The position numbers and the translations under genes were made by a program. A stretch of DNA of 64,000 nucleotides. It comes from Nitrospirota bacterium (lineage in GTDB: Bacteria; Nitrospirota; Thermodesulfovibrionia; Thermodesulfovibrionales; Dissulfurispiraceae). The notes below the pieces were generated by a model, which was not told where the DNA came from, did no database searches, and saw only the letters and a program-made list of their open reading frames with translations. The stretch spans positions 416,001 through 480,000 of the forward strand of contig CAVPZX010000005.1 of assembly GCA_963710375.1 (NCBI GenBank), written 5' to 3'. Within the stretch, counting starts at the first letter, position 1. The number at the start of each line of letters is the position of its first letter. This document shows positions 1 through 10,017 of this stretch, piece after piece.

Positions 1-1112
1 GCCGTTTCCATGGCAATAAAAAGGACGTGCTTCGATTTGTCATGGTGCATACTGCCTTTGTCATGGAGCAAATGAAGGGTGAGGACCTGAAACTCCTCAT
101 CATTCAGAACGCTTCTGAAATCATCTTCAGTCCAGGTAAAGTACCCTCCTTCGTCGTCAGCAGTAACGTCGGCATCCTGACTCGCGTAAAACCCGCCATC
201 CCTGCTTGAGAGAATGTCCATGGTAAAACTGATAATACCCCGCGCAACCTCCATGAAGTAGCCGGTGCCGAAGATTGAGTAAGCGTCAATATAATTTCTC
301 AGAAGCCAGGCGTTATCATCGGCCATTTTCTCGAAGTGAGGGACGATCCATTTATCGTCAACAGAGTAGCGGTGAAATCCGCCCTTAAGTTGGTCATGGA
401 ACCCGCCTTTCGCCATTGACTCTAGCATCTTTTTGGCAGCGTTGCCGCTCGACTCATCGCCGGTAAGAAAATACCTGTAAAGCAGGAATGATGCCGCACC
501 GGGCATAGGAAATTTCGGGGCCGTGCCGAACCCTCCGTTTTGCGGGTCAAACAGAGAGAGCATTGTGCTCTGCGCGACGTCAAGCATCGCGCTGTTTATT
601 TCTCCCTTAACCATAGCATCCGGCCTGATAAAATCCATGAGCCGTTCAGTATAACTGTTGACTTCCTCTCTGCTGGAACGGTAAAGGTCAATAATTGCCT
701 GGAGCACTTTTTTAAAACCCGGTCTTCCTTGACTGTCTTCAGGAGGGAAATAGGTGCCGCCGAAAAACGGTTTTTTGTCCGGGGTAAGAAACACGCTGAG
801 AGGCCATCCTCCCGCTGCTCCCATTGCTGATACGGCACGCTGGTAACGCCTGTCTATATCTGGCCGCTCATCCCTGTCGAGTTTTATGCTCACAAAATGG
901 CTGTTGAGCAGAGCGGCGACGCCGTCATCAAAAAAACATTCGTTTGCCATCACATGGCACCAGTGGCACCATATTGCACCGGAACTCAGGAAAACCGGTT
1001 TGTCCTCGATGCGCGCTTTTTCGAAAGCTTCTTCAGACCATGGATACCAGTCTATTTTTTGAGCGGCGGAATGTGCAAGGTAAGGAGATTTCTCATTAGC
1101 GAGTCTGCTCAT
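1..1112 (-). CDS. Thioredoxin-domain protein, YyaL/DUF255 (SSP411) family; runs off the left edge
   Basis: Manual translation from ATG at 1112: MSRLANEKSPYLAHSAAQKIDWYPWSEEAF...WCHWCHVM...KLDRDERPDID. Missing from the ORF track because there is no stop in the window. Confidence 0.9.
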   Translation of the reverse strand, partial: MSRLANEKSPYLAHSAAQKIDWYPWSEEAFEKARIEDKPVFLSSGAIWCHWCHVMANECFFDDGVAALLNSHFVSIKLDRDERPDIDRRYQRAVSAMGAAGGWPLSVFLTPDKKPFFGGTYFPPEDSQGRPGFKKVLQAIIDLYRSSREEVNSYTERLMDFIRPDAMVKGEINSAMLDVAQSTMLSLFDPQNGGFGTAPKFPMPGAASFLLYRYFLTGDESSGNAAKKMLESMAKGGFHDQLKGGFHRYSVDDKWIVPHFEKMADDNAWLLRNYIDAYSIFGTGYFMEVARGIISFTMDILSSRDGGFYASQDADVTADDEGGYFTWTEDDFRSVLNDEEFQVLTLHLLHDKGSMHHDKSKHVLFIAMET

Positions 1113-1117
1113 TGATC

Positions 1118-1543
1118 CTAACTGCGAAAGAACCCTAATTTCTCCATCTCGTTGATCGCCCATTCATCTTCAAGCAGCTCGTCTCCGTCCAGGTCTTTTT
1201 TTGTCCGCGCATATTCCTTGAGAAAGTAGTAGGCAAGCTGTTTCTCCAGACTGTTGAGCCGTTTTGCGATGTCGGCAGCAACATCCCTGACTGCCCACCT
1301 CACACTAAGACCGTTGATAATGCCCCCAAGCACCTCGTCACTGATCTCGGATTGCACAACCATCACGAGACGGTTATCCTCGCCGGTGATCAGTTTCATG
1401 GGTTGAGCAGGTTCTTTCAGCGATATGTCTTTCTGATCTGCCCACGATGTTATGTCGGGCACATACTGAATGTCAAAAATGAAGAATTCTCTGCCAAGCC
1501 TTCTCAGCTGGTCATCAAAGTCATCAACAAAAATCATAACCAC
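1118..1543 (-). CDS. Hypothetical protein
   Basis: 141-aa ORF with GAGGTG SD, directly upstream of the YyaL-like gene. Confidence 0.65.
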   Translation of the reverse strand: MVMIFVDDFDDQLRRLGREFFIFDIQYVPDITSWADQKDISLKEPAQPMKLITGEDNRLVMVVQSEISDEVLGGIINGLSVRWAVRDVAADIAKRLNSLEKQLAYYFLKEYARTKKDLDGDELLEDEWAINEMEKLGFFRS

Positions 1544-1638
1544 CTCTCAAGCATTTATTCGTCATGCCCGAAGTACTTCATCGGGCAGCCAATTCACTGA
1601 TACGATAACTGTATCATAATAGGGATGATTTGTCACGT

Positions 1639-1833
1639 TAACCCACATTATTCATAAATTTATACAAGGAGCAGGCGGGACATGGTGCTGAGCGGACTTT
1701 GACAGCCTAAGTGACACCAAGGACGGTGGCACAGGCTGTCATAGCCTCGGAGCAAGGCTGGATGCCTTGCGAGAATGAGTGAAGCACTGTGGCCTGACTG
1801 CTCCTTGTATAAATTTATGAATAATGTGGGTTA
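1639..1833. mobile_element. MITE-like element with perfect 36-bp terminal inverted repeats (including flanking TA)
   Basis: TAACCCACATTATTCATAAATTTATACAAGGAGCAG at 1639 and its exact reverse complement ending at 1833; non-coding interior with hairpins. Confidence 0.8.
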
Positions 1834-2298
1834 GTACGTTGATGGGTCCTCGGGAGGAAGCGCACTCTCATCAAAAGGCATGACCCCGAGCTGCACCATC
1901 ACCGATTCTATTCCTTCAAGCAGCACGGAATAATTGTAATCAGAGAGATTTTCATGTAGTGCCTGTTCAACTATCCGGTCAAAGGCGTCGTAGTCAAACT
2001 CCCTGCCAATCACTCCGGAGCGGACCAGTACATTAAAAACTGTCTTATCGTTGTCAAGGTCGTCATCAACCTTAATTAGAAGCGCTGCCCGTCGCCCGGG
2101 GGAAAGTAAAAACCACTCTGTAGCGCTGATTAAAGCATCATAGAGTGTTACTATGCCGGCTGAGATCTTCCCCTGCCTCAGCCTGCGTTTGCCCCCCCGT
2201 ATGTGAAGCCTTGCCTGTTGCAGGGCCGCTGCTTCCGGACCCAGTTCATCAGCGTTCATCAACCCGGCATGCGGCATAAATGTCCTTCGGACAGGCAA
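1831..2298 (-). CDS. Hypothetical protein (true start possibly 2277)
   Basis: 155-aa ORF downstream of sod on the same strand. Confidence 0.7.
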   Translation of the reverse strand: MPVRRTFMPHAGLMNADELGPEAAALQQARLHIRGGKRRLRQGKISAGIVTLYDALISATEWFLLSPGRRAALLIKVDDDLDNDKTVFNVLVRSGVIGREFDYDAFDRIVEQALHENLSDYNYSVLLEGIESVMVQLGVMPFDESALPPEDPSTY

Positions 2299-2361
2299 AG
2301 GTTGAGAGTAAGACAGGTATAGAAAAAATCTCTAACTTACCCTTAACCTATACCTTTACCT

Positions 2362-2940
2362 TTATTTTAAGCGCGCCTCTACTGTCTTCCAGTCGATATT
2401 TTTGAAGAATGACTGAATATAATCAGCTCTTTTGAGTCCATAATCGGTCATAAAGGCGTGTTCGAAGACGTCCATTATCAATATCGGGTTGCCGCCCGCA
2501 GGATGTCCGGCATCATGCTCATTTATCCAGAAATTGATGAGCTTCCCGTTATTGAGATCCTGGTAAAGGACTGCCCATCCAACGCCTCTCATGGTGCCTG
2601 TAGCCTTGAAGTGCTTCTCCCACGCCTCATAGCTTCCGAAATCCTCTGAAAACTTTGCGGCGAGCTTGCTGTCTTTCTGTATGGCTCCCTTACCGCCCAG
2701 GTTTTCGAAATAATACTCATGCAGCCTCATGCCGTTGAATTCCCATCCGAGCCTCCGCTTCATTTCGGCAAACTCAGGCGTGCCTCCTTTGTCCTCTTTC
2801 ATCAGTGCTTCGAGTAAATCAAGGACCTTGTTTGTGTTCGTGACATAACCCTGGTAAAGAGTAAAATGATTTTTAAGCAATGTCTCGCTGAAGCCTTCCA
2901 TGCCTATTAACTTCCCATAATCCTTTGCTGTGTAAGCCAT
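2362..2940 (-). CDS. sod: Fe/Mn superoxide dismutase
   Basis: HFTLYQGYV, NGMRLHEYYF, DVFEHAF metal-ligand motifs; GGAGG SD. Confidence 0.92.
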   Translation of the reverse strand: MAYTAKDYGKLIGMEGFSETLLKNHFTLYQGYVTNTNKVLDLLEALMKEDKGGTPEFAEMKRRLGWEFNGMRLHEYYFENLGGKGAIQKDSKLAAKFSEDFGSYEAWEKHFKATGTMRGVGWAVLYQDLNNGKLINFWINEHDAGHPAGGNPILIMDVFEHAFMTDYGLKRADYIQSFFKNIDWKTVEARLK

Positions 2941-3211
2941 ACCATCCTCCTTTGAAGTACGAAGTATGAAAAAGTTTATTTAAATACTATCAGATACCAT
3001 AAAAATGTCAAATTACAGCTTCGAAAAGAGACCAGAACGTGTATTTTTTTAATAAGTTGCTGACACTTTATTGACAAATGTTAGTAACTTTTTATTTATG
3101 ATTTCCTTGAACAGCAACGCGAAGACATAGTCCCTGGCTGTGACCTCCTTTTTGCCTTTTTACACTGGTTATGGTATAAGTTTACGAGCATGCGATCAAA
3201 GGAGATGTGCG

Positions 3212-4348
3212 GTGAAAGGGATCCTGAAGATAGCATTTAAGCTTCTGGTGAACGACAAGGGTAAATTTGCAGCGCTTCTTGTCGGTATAACTTTTGCTGT
3301 CTTTTTGATGGTTATGATGACATCGATGTTCGCGGGTATTTTGCACAGGGCATCTTCCACGATTATAAATGTAGGGGCCAAGATATGGGTGATGGATCCT
3401 GCGGTGAATACGCCTGCCAACAGCATCCCGATGCCGGATTATATATTAGACGCGGCACGGAGCATCAACGGAGTCAAATATGCAGTGCCTTTGTATTCGG
3501 GCGCCGGCCTTGTAAAACTCAGGAAAGGCGTTTACCAGGCTGTAACCATCATCGGGCTGGATGATGCAAGTCTCCTTGGCAGTCCACATCTCATTCAGGG
3601 GCACATCGAAGACATCTATGCCGAAAATTCATTTATTGTCGTCAAGGATTCGGAATATCCCAAACTCGGAAGCCCCGGACTCGGCACCGAATTCGAGATA
3701 AACGACAACAGGGGAGTTATTGTCGGCATAGCACGGGTCAATGTCGGCTCCCTGTTCGGAACTCCGACACTGTATACTACCTTCTACAGGGCTATTCAGT
3801 ATATTCCGTCGATGAGGTTCACCATTTCTTATATTCTTATAGAACCAAAGAGCGCTGCAGATATACTACATATCAAACAGCAGATACAATCGCTCGGCTA
3901 TGAAGCCCTGACAAAGGATGAATTCATCCATAAAGTTTCCGAATATTACAAATACCAGACAGGGCTCGGCATAAACGTGATGATAATGACCGTAATAAGT
4001 TTTATTGTCGGGTTGTCAATCTCCGGGCAGACCTTTTATACCTTTATATTGGAGAACCTCGAAAAGTTCGGCGCATTGAAAGCCATAGGCGCCAAAGGGT
4101 CCGAAATGGTATATATGATACTGTTTCAGGCTACTTTCACTGCTCTCACCGGATACGGCATGGGTGTAGGACTGGCCTCGCTGATAATAGCCTTCGCCAA
4201 ACTCAGGCTGCCGAGCTATGCAGCAATGATAACTTTTACGAATCTCGCATTTGCTTTTGTGATGGTATTGATAATAGCCGCAATATCGAGTTATATCGGA
4301 GTAAGAAAAGTGATAAGGATAGAGCCGTTCGACATATTCAGGGGTTAA
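3212..4348 (+). CDS. ABC exporter permease (FtsX/MacB/DevC-like)
   Basis: N-terminal TM, periplasmic domain, FGALKAIGA motif, C-terminal TMs; GTG start after AAGGAG. Confidence 0.85.
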   Translation: MKGILKIAFKLLVNDKGKFAALLVGITFAVFLMVMMTSMFAGILHRASSTIINVGAKIWVMDPAVNTPANSIPMPDYILDAARSINGVKYAVPLYSGAGLVKLRKGVYQAVTIIGLDDASLLGSPHLIQGHIEDIYAENSFIVVKDSEYPKLGSPGLGTEFEINDNRGVIVGIARVNVGSLFGTPTLYTTFYRAIQYIPSMRFTISYILIEPKSAADILHIKQQIQSLGYEALTKDEFIHKVSEYYKYQTGLGINVMIMTVISFIVGLSISGQTFYTFILENLEKFGALKAIGAKGSEMVYMILFQATFTALTGYGMGVGLASLIIAFAKLRLPSYAAMITFTNLAFAFVMVLIIAAISSYIGVRKVIRIEPFDIFRG

Positions 4349-4349
4349 G

Positions 4350-5063
4350 ATGGCCAATCTTGCAGTGAAGGCTGACAAGCTTGTTAAGTGGTTTGGAGAA
4401 GGAGAAGCCAAAACTGTCGCTGTGAGTGATGTCAGCTTTGAAGCCCACTTTGGGGAAATGCTGTACATCGAAGGCCCGTCAGGGAGCGGTAAGACAACAT
4501 TGTTGAGCATTATATCAGGAATTCTCAAGCCAAATTCAGGCACGGTGACAGTAGAGGGCAGAGATATCTGGAGTTTGACCAGTGACCAGCTCGCTGATTT
4601 CAGATTGAACAAGGTGGGATTCGTGTTTCAGGATTACCACCTCTTCCCAAAACTGACCACGGTAGAAAATGCAGCAATCCCCCTGATTTTGAAAAAGGTC
4701 GAGTGGAATGAATCCATAAAAATGGCCGCGAAGTATTTGGAAATAGTCGGTCTCAAGGACCGGGCCCAGCTCACTCCGGTCAAATTAAGCGGAGGGGAGC
4801 AGCAGCGGGTGGCTATTGCGAGGGCAATTGCGAGCAGCCCCGATATTCTTATATTTGACGAGCCTACAGCTTCATTGGATGGGGAAACAGGAAGGAGAAT
4901 TGTGGATTTTGTAAAGAAAAACATCCTGAACGAGAACCGGTGCATTATAATTGTCACGCATGACAGCAGGATATTCGAATATGCTGACAGGATAATGAAG
5001 ATGGCTGATGGCAAGATAACAGGAATAGTAAAAGGAGGCTTGCGTGAAGCGGAATCCCTTTGA
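4350..5063 (+). CDS. ABC transporter ATP-binding protein (LolD/DevA-like)
   Basis: GPSGSGKTT, LSGGEQQRV, DEPT motifs. Confidence 0.95.
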   Translation: MANLAVKADKLVKWFGEGEAKTVAVSDVSFEAHFGEMLYIEGPSGSGKTTLLSIISGILKPNSGTVTVEGRDIWSLTSDQLADFRLNKVGFVFQDYHLFPKLTTVENAAIPLILKKVEWNESIKMAAKYLEIVGLKDRAQLTPVKLSGGEQQRVAIARAIASSPDILIFDEPTASLDGETGRRIVDFVKKNILNENRCIIIVTHDSRIFEYADRIMKMADGKITGIVKGGLREAESL

Positions 5064-5114
5064 CTGTGAGCGCAATGTGACAGTAAGTTGCAGGAATCGT
5101 AAAAGGAGGGCGGC

Positions 5115-6200
5115 GTGAGGAATAAGATATTGTTCTCTCTCTCAATTATAGGCATTCTGGTCGGCTCGTTAAGCGCTTATATATATGGCATTGAACACAA
5201 GCCGTTGCCCCCTGTGTTTAATCCGGCCTCAAATCCCTATGCAAAAGGCATCTATGCCAGTGGAATTACTGAAAGCTACCAAAGCAATGGAGAGAATATA
5301 AATATATACCCCGAGGTGCCTGGAGTTGTGGTAAAAATCCCGGCAGCTGAAGGGCAAAAAGTGCATAAGGGAGATCTGCTGCTTGTTATGGATGATTCCG
5401 TACAAAGGGCGACTGCCGAACAGCAGAAATCGCAGGCTGAAGCAGCGCTCGCCCTGCTCGAAGAGCTGAAGGCCGAGCCGAGAAAAGAAAACCTCGAAAT
5501 TGCTGTTGCCCAGGTCGATTTTGCCGCGGCAAGCCTCAAGACATCTGAAGACCAATTGGACAAGCTCAGGAAATCTTACGAGCTCAATCCCAAATCGGTG
5601 AGTAAGAACGATTTGGATAATGCGGAAAATGCCGTTAAAACCGCAAGAGCGAATCTCGAAGTCGCCCGGAAGCAGTACGAACTCACAAAGGCAGGGGCCT
5701 GGATTTATGACATAAGGAACCAGGAAAACCAGTACAAGGCGCTGATAAAAGCCTACACAGCTTCGGTGGCTCTATTGGACAAGTACGCCATAAAAGCTCC
5801 GGCAGATGGAGTGGTCCTTTCCATAAATGTGGCTGCAGGCGGCTACATTTCTTCTCTGGGCTCATACGATACATATACGCAAGGCGCTGTTCCGGCAATT
5901 GTTATGGGATGGCCGCAGGACTTTATAGGCGTCAGGTGTTATATCGATGAAATACTCGTGCACAGGCTTCCGCTGGCATCACAGATGAACGCGCAAATGT
6001 TTATACGGGGTACCAATATCAGTATTCCCCTGCAATATGTGAGGACGCAGCCTTATGTATCCCCCAAGATTGAATTATCGAATGAAAGGACCGAAAGGGT
6101 GGATGTTAGGGTACTGCCTGTGATATTCAGGTTCGAGAGGCCAAAGAACGTTAGCATTTATCCTGGGCAATTGGTGGATGTCTATATTGGAGAGAAATGA
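5115..6200 (+). CDS. HlyD-family membrane fusion protein
   Basis: N-terminal TM, lipoyl-like halves (EGQKVHKGD, IKAPADGVV), coiled coil. Confidence 0.9.
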   Translation: MRNKILFSLSIIGILVGSLSAYIYGIEHKPLPPVFNPASNPYAKGIYASGITESYQSNGENINIYPEVPGVVVKIPAAEGQKVHKGDLLLVMDDSVQRATAEQQKSQAEAALALLEELKAEPRKENLEIAVAQVDFAAASLKTSEDQLDKLRKSYELNPKSVSKNDLDNAENAVKTARANLEVARKQYELTKAGAWIYDIRNQENQYKALIKAYTASVALLDKYAIKAPADGVVLSINVAAGGYISSLGSYDTYTQGAVPAIVMGWPQDFIGVRCYIDEILVHRLPLASQMNAQMFIRGTNISIPLQYVRTQPYVSPKIELSNERTERVDVRVLPVIFRFERPKNVSIYPGQLVDVYIGEK

Positions 6201-6240
6201 TGAAACAGGTTAAGGTTGAGGTTAAGGTTGAGGGAAAAAG

Positions 6241-7725
6241 ATGAGTGATAAAAAAACAAAGTTTTTATTTTACTTTCTCACCCTCAACCTTAGCCTTAAC
6301 CTGTTTCTTGCCGGATGCACCGTTGGGCCGGACTTTGTCCGTCCCAATCCACCCGAGGTCAAAAGCTACACCCACGGTACAGACCTTGCCGCGACAATTC
6401 CTGCTGATGGTAAGGCCCAGCTTTTTGAACAGGGTGGCAGTGTCGCCGCAGACTGGTGGTGCCTTTTTAATTCCTCCAAGCTGGATGCTGTGATAAAGGA
6501 TGCCATCGCAGGCAACCAAACACTGCAGGCTGCGCAGGCCAGTTTGCGCCAGAGTCAGGATAATCTCCGGGCCGGTTACGGAGTCTTCTATCCACAGCTT
6601 AATGCGGGTTTTGATGCCACGCGTCAGAAGTCCTTACTTGCCAATTTGGGCGGCAGGCGAGTCTTCAGCATCTTCAACCTTTTTACACTCCAGGGGACTG
6701 TCAGTTATGCCCTCGATGTTTTCGGCGGAGAACGCCGCGCAGTGGAGAGTCTGGGAGCTCAGGTGGATTTTCAACGTTATGAGGTTAAAGGCACTTACCT
6801 CACCTTGTCCGGCAATATTGTAAACACTATCATTGCTCAGGCGGCCTATAGAGAACAGATTAAGGCTGCTGAACAAATCATCAGTATAGACAGGGAACAA
6901 GTCAGCATCTCCGAAGCGCAGTGGGAAGCCGGCACTGTCCCGTACTCAAGTGTGCTCAGCCTCCGCAGTCAGCTTGCCGCTGATGAGGCGACGCTCCCGC
7001 CGCTACGGCAGAAACTAAGCCAGACAGAGGATTTGCTTGCTACCCTGACAGGCCGCACACCGGCGGAGTATGTCCAGCCGCAAGTCGATTGGGCAGACCT
7101 GACGCTCCCGGTCAAACTGCCGTTAACCCTGACCTCGGAGTTGGTGCATCAGCGTCCTGATATTCTTGCTGCTGAGGCGCAGCTGCATAGCGCCGGAGCC
7201 GAAATCGGGGTAGCGACGGCAGCATTGTTCCCTAGTTTCACCTTGAGCGGAGCTTACGGAGTGAGCAACACCTCCTTTAGCGACCTCTTCAAAAATAGCA
7301 GCATATGGAGTCTTGGCTCAGGCGTTGTTACGCCGCTTTTCCATGGGGGAACTTTGTGGTACAATCGGCAAGCTGCCATTGAAGGCTATAATCAATCCCT
7401 GGCCAATTATCGCCAGACCGTTCTTAGCGCATTTGCCCAGGTTGCCGATACCCTCAGGGCATTGGAACATGATGCCGAGACCTTGCAGGCCCAGTCGCGG
7501 GCACTGAGTACGTCGGAGGAAGCGCTCCGGCTGGTGCAGGCAAATTACCGGGCCGGCACAGCCAACTATTTGCAAGTGCTTCTTGCGGATGATCAGTACC
7601 ATCAAGCCAGGATCGGCTATCTCGGGGCATCGGCCCAGCGGTTCCAGGACACTGTCGCACTATTTGTTGCCCTGGGTGGCGGTTGGTGGAATGACGCGGA
7701 GCAGTCTAATTTAACCAAAAATTAA
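6241..7725 (+). CDS. NodT/TolC-family outer-membrane efflux lipoprotein
   Basis: Lipobox LAGC-TVGPDF, RPDILAAE, C-terminal ALGGGW. Confidence 0.93.
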   Translation: MSDKKTKFLFYFLTLNLSLNLFLAGCTVGPDFVRPNPPEVKSYTHGTDLAATIPADGKAQLFEQGGSVAADWWCLFNSSKLDAVIKDAIAGNQTLQAAQASLRQSQDNLRAGYGVFYPQLNAGFDATRQKSLLANLGGRRVFSIFNLFTLQGTVSYALDVFGGERRAVESLGAQVDFQRYEVKGTYLTLSGNIVNTIIAQAAYREQIKAAEQIISIDREQVSISEAQWEAGTVPYSSVLSLRSQLAADEATLPPLRQKLSQTEDLLATLTGRTPAEYVQPQVDWADLTLPVKLPLTLTSELVHQRPDILAAEAQLHSAGAEIGVATAALFPSFTLSGAYGVSNTSFSDLFKNSSIWSLGSGVVTPLFHGGTLWYNRQAAIEGYNQSLANYRQTVLSAFAQVADTLRALEHDAETLQAQSRALSTSEEALRLVQANYRAGTANYLQVLLADDQYHQARIGYLGASAQRFQDTVALFVALGGGWWNDAEQSNLTKN

Positions 7726-7808
7726 TTTGCCGTTAACACATCTGTAATAATTGCTCTATATTATAGTAAGTTATTTATTCGCAGACCCTAACTAGGAGGC
7801 CCATTATC

Positions 7809-9410
7809 ATGAGTTATAAAGTATTGGTAACCGATAAGATTAATGAAATTGCCGTGAAAATCCTGGAAAGCAGCTGTGAGGTAGATTATAAACCTGTTGT
7901 CAGTGCTGAAGAGCTTAAAGCCATCATTACAGACTACGACGCTTTAATGATTAGAAGCTCTTCAAAAATCACCAAAGACATAATCGCTGCCGCTGACAGG
8001 TTGAAAGTAGTTGGCAGGGCAGGTGTTGGAGTAGATAATGTCGATATTGACGCTGCCACAGACAAAGGAATAATTGTCATTAACTCACCTGAAGGCAATA
8101 CAGTATCAGCTGCTGAACATACGATAGCCATGATGCTGTCCATGACCAGGCATATCCCGGCAGCTGATGTTTCTATTAAGGAAGGCAGATGGGACAGGTC
8201 TAAGCTGACAGGTAGGGAGATCTTTAATAAAATATTAGGCGTAGTCGGTTTCGGGAAAGTTGGAAGCAGAGTGGCTTCTGCTGCCAGGGCAATGGGCATG
8301 AAAGTTTTGGTATATGATCCGTTTGTGGGCAAAGAGATCGTAGAAACGGCGGGCGCTTGTTATGTTGCATCGCTTGATGATATTTGGAAGTCGGCCGACT
8401 TTATCACATTGCATATTCCTAAAAACAAAGATACTCTTAATTTAATTAACAAAGACACAATAGCCAAGATGAAAAAAGGCGTAAAAATAATCAACTGCGC
8501 CAGGGGCGGAATAGTTAATGAGACTGATCTGGCGGAAGCGATTCAAAACGGTCATGTCGAAATGGCTGCTATTGACGTTTTTGATAAAGAACCTGTTGAA
8601 GGTTCGCCACTTTTGAAGATGGGGGACAAAGTTGTTCTCACCCCGCACCTGGGAGCCAGCACGGAAGAAGCACAAATAAATGTTGCCGTTGATGTTGCCG
8701 AGCAGATCAGGGATATGTCTCAGGGCCTGCCTGCAAGAAGCGCAGTTAATATCCCTTTCCTGAAGCCTGAAACACTTGAACCTGTAAAACACTATATGTC
8801 ACTTGCTGAGAACCTCGGATCCCTTGTGAGACAAGTTACAATCGGCGCTACACGGGAAATAGAAATAGTTGCCTGTGGCGAACTAGCCGGATTAGAAATC
8901 TCTCCGTTGGTAGTGGCAGTTACTAAAGGAGTTTTAGAGTGCAGCGGTGAGGGAGTTAATTATGTTAACGCTCCCAGGTTAGCTCAAAGAAGTGGAATAC
9001 ACTTCAAGAGATCGACGTCAACAGATTCAGAAAGCTATCTGGGCCTTTTAAAAGTGGTACTGACCACGGACAAAGAAACAAATAAGGCGACAGGTACCAT
9101 TATAGGCAATGATATTCCGAGAATTCTTGGAGTTAATGGTTATCACACAAGTATTGAGCCTGCCGTACATATGCTGGTTCTGCCTCATAAAGACAAACCA
9201 GGCATGGTTGCTCAGGTGGCAACGCTATTAAGTAAAGAGAACATTAACATATCGATGATGCAGGTAGGAAGAAAAGTTCGTGCACAGGCAGGCGGCGAAT
9301 CCATGATGATTTTAAACATTGATGAGCCTGTAACTGACGACATCCTTAAGCAATTACGTAAAATAGACGGCATTTATAATGCGAAATATGTTAACTTGAA
9401 GGCGAAATAA
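7809..9410 (+). CDS. serA: D-3-phosphoglycerate dehydrogenase
   Basis: GRAGVGVDN, INCARGG, TPHLGAST, C-terminal ACT domain. Confidence 0.96.
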   Translation: MSYKVLVTDKINEIAVKILESSCEVDYKPVVSAEELKAIITDYDALMIRSSSKITKDIIAAADRLKVVGRAGVGVDNVDIDAATDKGIIVINSPEGNTVSAAEHTIAMMLSMTRHIPAADVSIKEGRWDRSKLTGREIFNKILGVVGFGKVGSRVASAARAMGMKVLVYDPFVGKEIVETAGACYVASLDDIWKSADFITLHIPKNKDTLNLINKDTIAKMKKGVKIINCARGGIVNETDLAEAIQNGHVEMAAIDVFDKEPVEGSPLLKMGDKVVLTPHLGASTEEAQINVAVDVAEQIRDMSQGLPARSAVNIPFLKPETLEPVKHYMSLAENLGSLVRQVTIGATREIEIVACGELAGLEISPLVVAVTKGVLECSGEGVNYVNAPRLAQRSGIHFKRSTSTDSESYLGLLKVVLTTDKETNKATGTIIGNDIPRILGVNGYHTSIEPAVHMLVLPHKDKPGMVAQVATLLSKENINISMMQVGRKVRAQAGGESMMILNIDEPVTDDILKQLRKIDGIYNAKYVNLKAK

Positions 9411-9415
9411 CGAAT

Positions 9416-9751
9416 ATGAATATTAAAAAAATAATGATTGTGATAGTTGTAATATTGCTGCTGGCAATAGCAATCAACTATTACACAGGAACAACCATTC
9501 TCATAAACGGGAACAAAGTGTCCGGCGTATGGGGTTATATAGCAGCGTACTTTGCGCTGGTTCTCGTTGCCGCGGCGTTGGTTATTGTAATACCATCAAC
9601 CCTTATACTAATTGCAGTGCTTTTAGTAGTTTTCGGAATCTTCTTTGTTGTATTCTTTCCTCTGTTGCCCATCGTTTTCCTTTTAATTCCCGGCATCGTC
9701 TTTGCCGGCGTTGTTTACCTCATTTATAAAATGGCGAGAAAGAAAAAGTAA
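9416..9751 (+). CDS. Small hydrophobic membrane protein
   Basis: 111-aa, highly hydrophobic, follows serA. Confidence 0.65.
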   Translation: MNIKKIMIVIVVILLLAIAINYYTGTTILINGNKVSGVWGYIAAYFALVLVAAALVIVIPSTLILIAVLLVVFGIFFVVFFPLLPIVFLLIPGIVFAGVVYLIYKMARKKK

Positions 9752-9779
9752 TAAGTTCTGAAAGCCGGATAAGGCTGCC

Positions 9780-9966
9780 TCTGCAATTCAGACAGCACAG
9801 GGTAATTTTTCTTTGCGAGCGATTAGCCCGTTGTTCCAATCCTGCTGTCTGCACGGATAATCATTCGCGTTCCGGTTGAATGTGTGGGCTCGGCGTTACT
9901 CGCCCACTGCAGATAACCCAGGCGCTCGACTGCAGAAAAATAACCCTGTACTGTCTGAATTGCAGA
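9780..9966. mobile_element. MITE-like element with ~33-bp imperfect TIRs (CTGCAATTCAGACA end)
   Basis: TCTGCAATTCAGACAGCACAGGGTAATTTTTCT versus the reverse complement at 9934-9966 (2 mismatches). Confidence 0.75.
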
Positions 9967-10017
9967 ATCTAGAGTGTGTTAGCTCAATTAAGAACCGCAT
10001 TCATAGTATAATACAAG

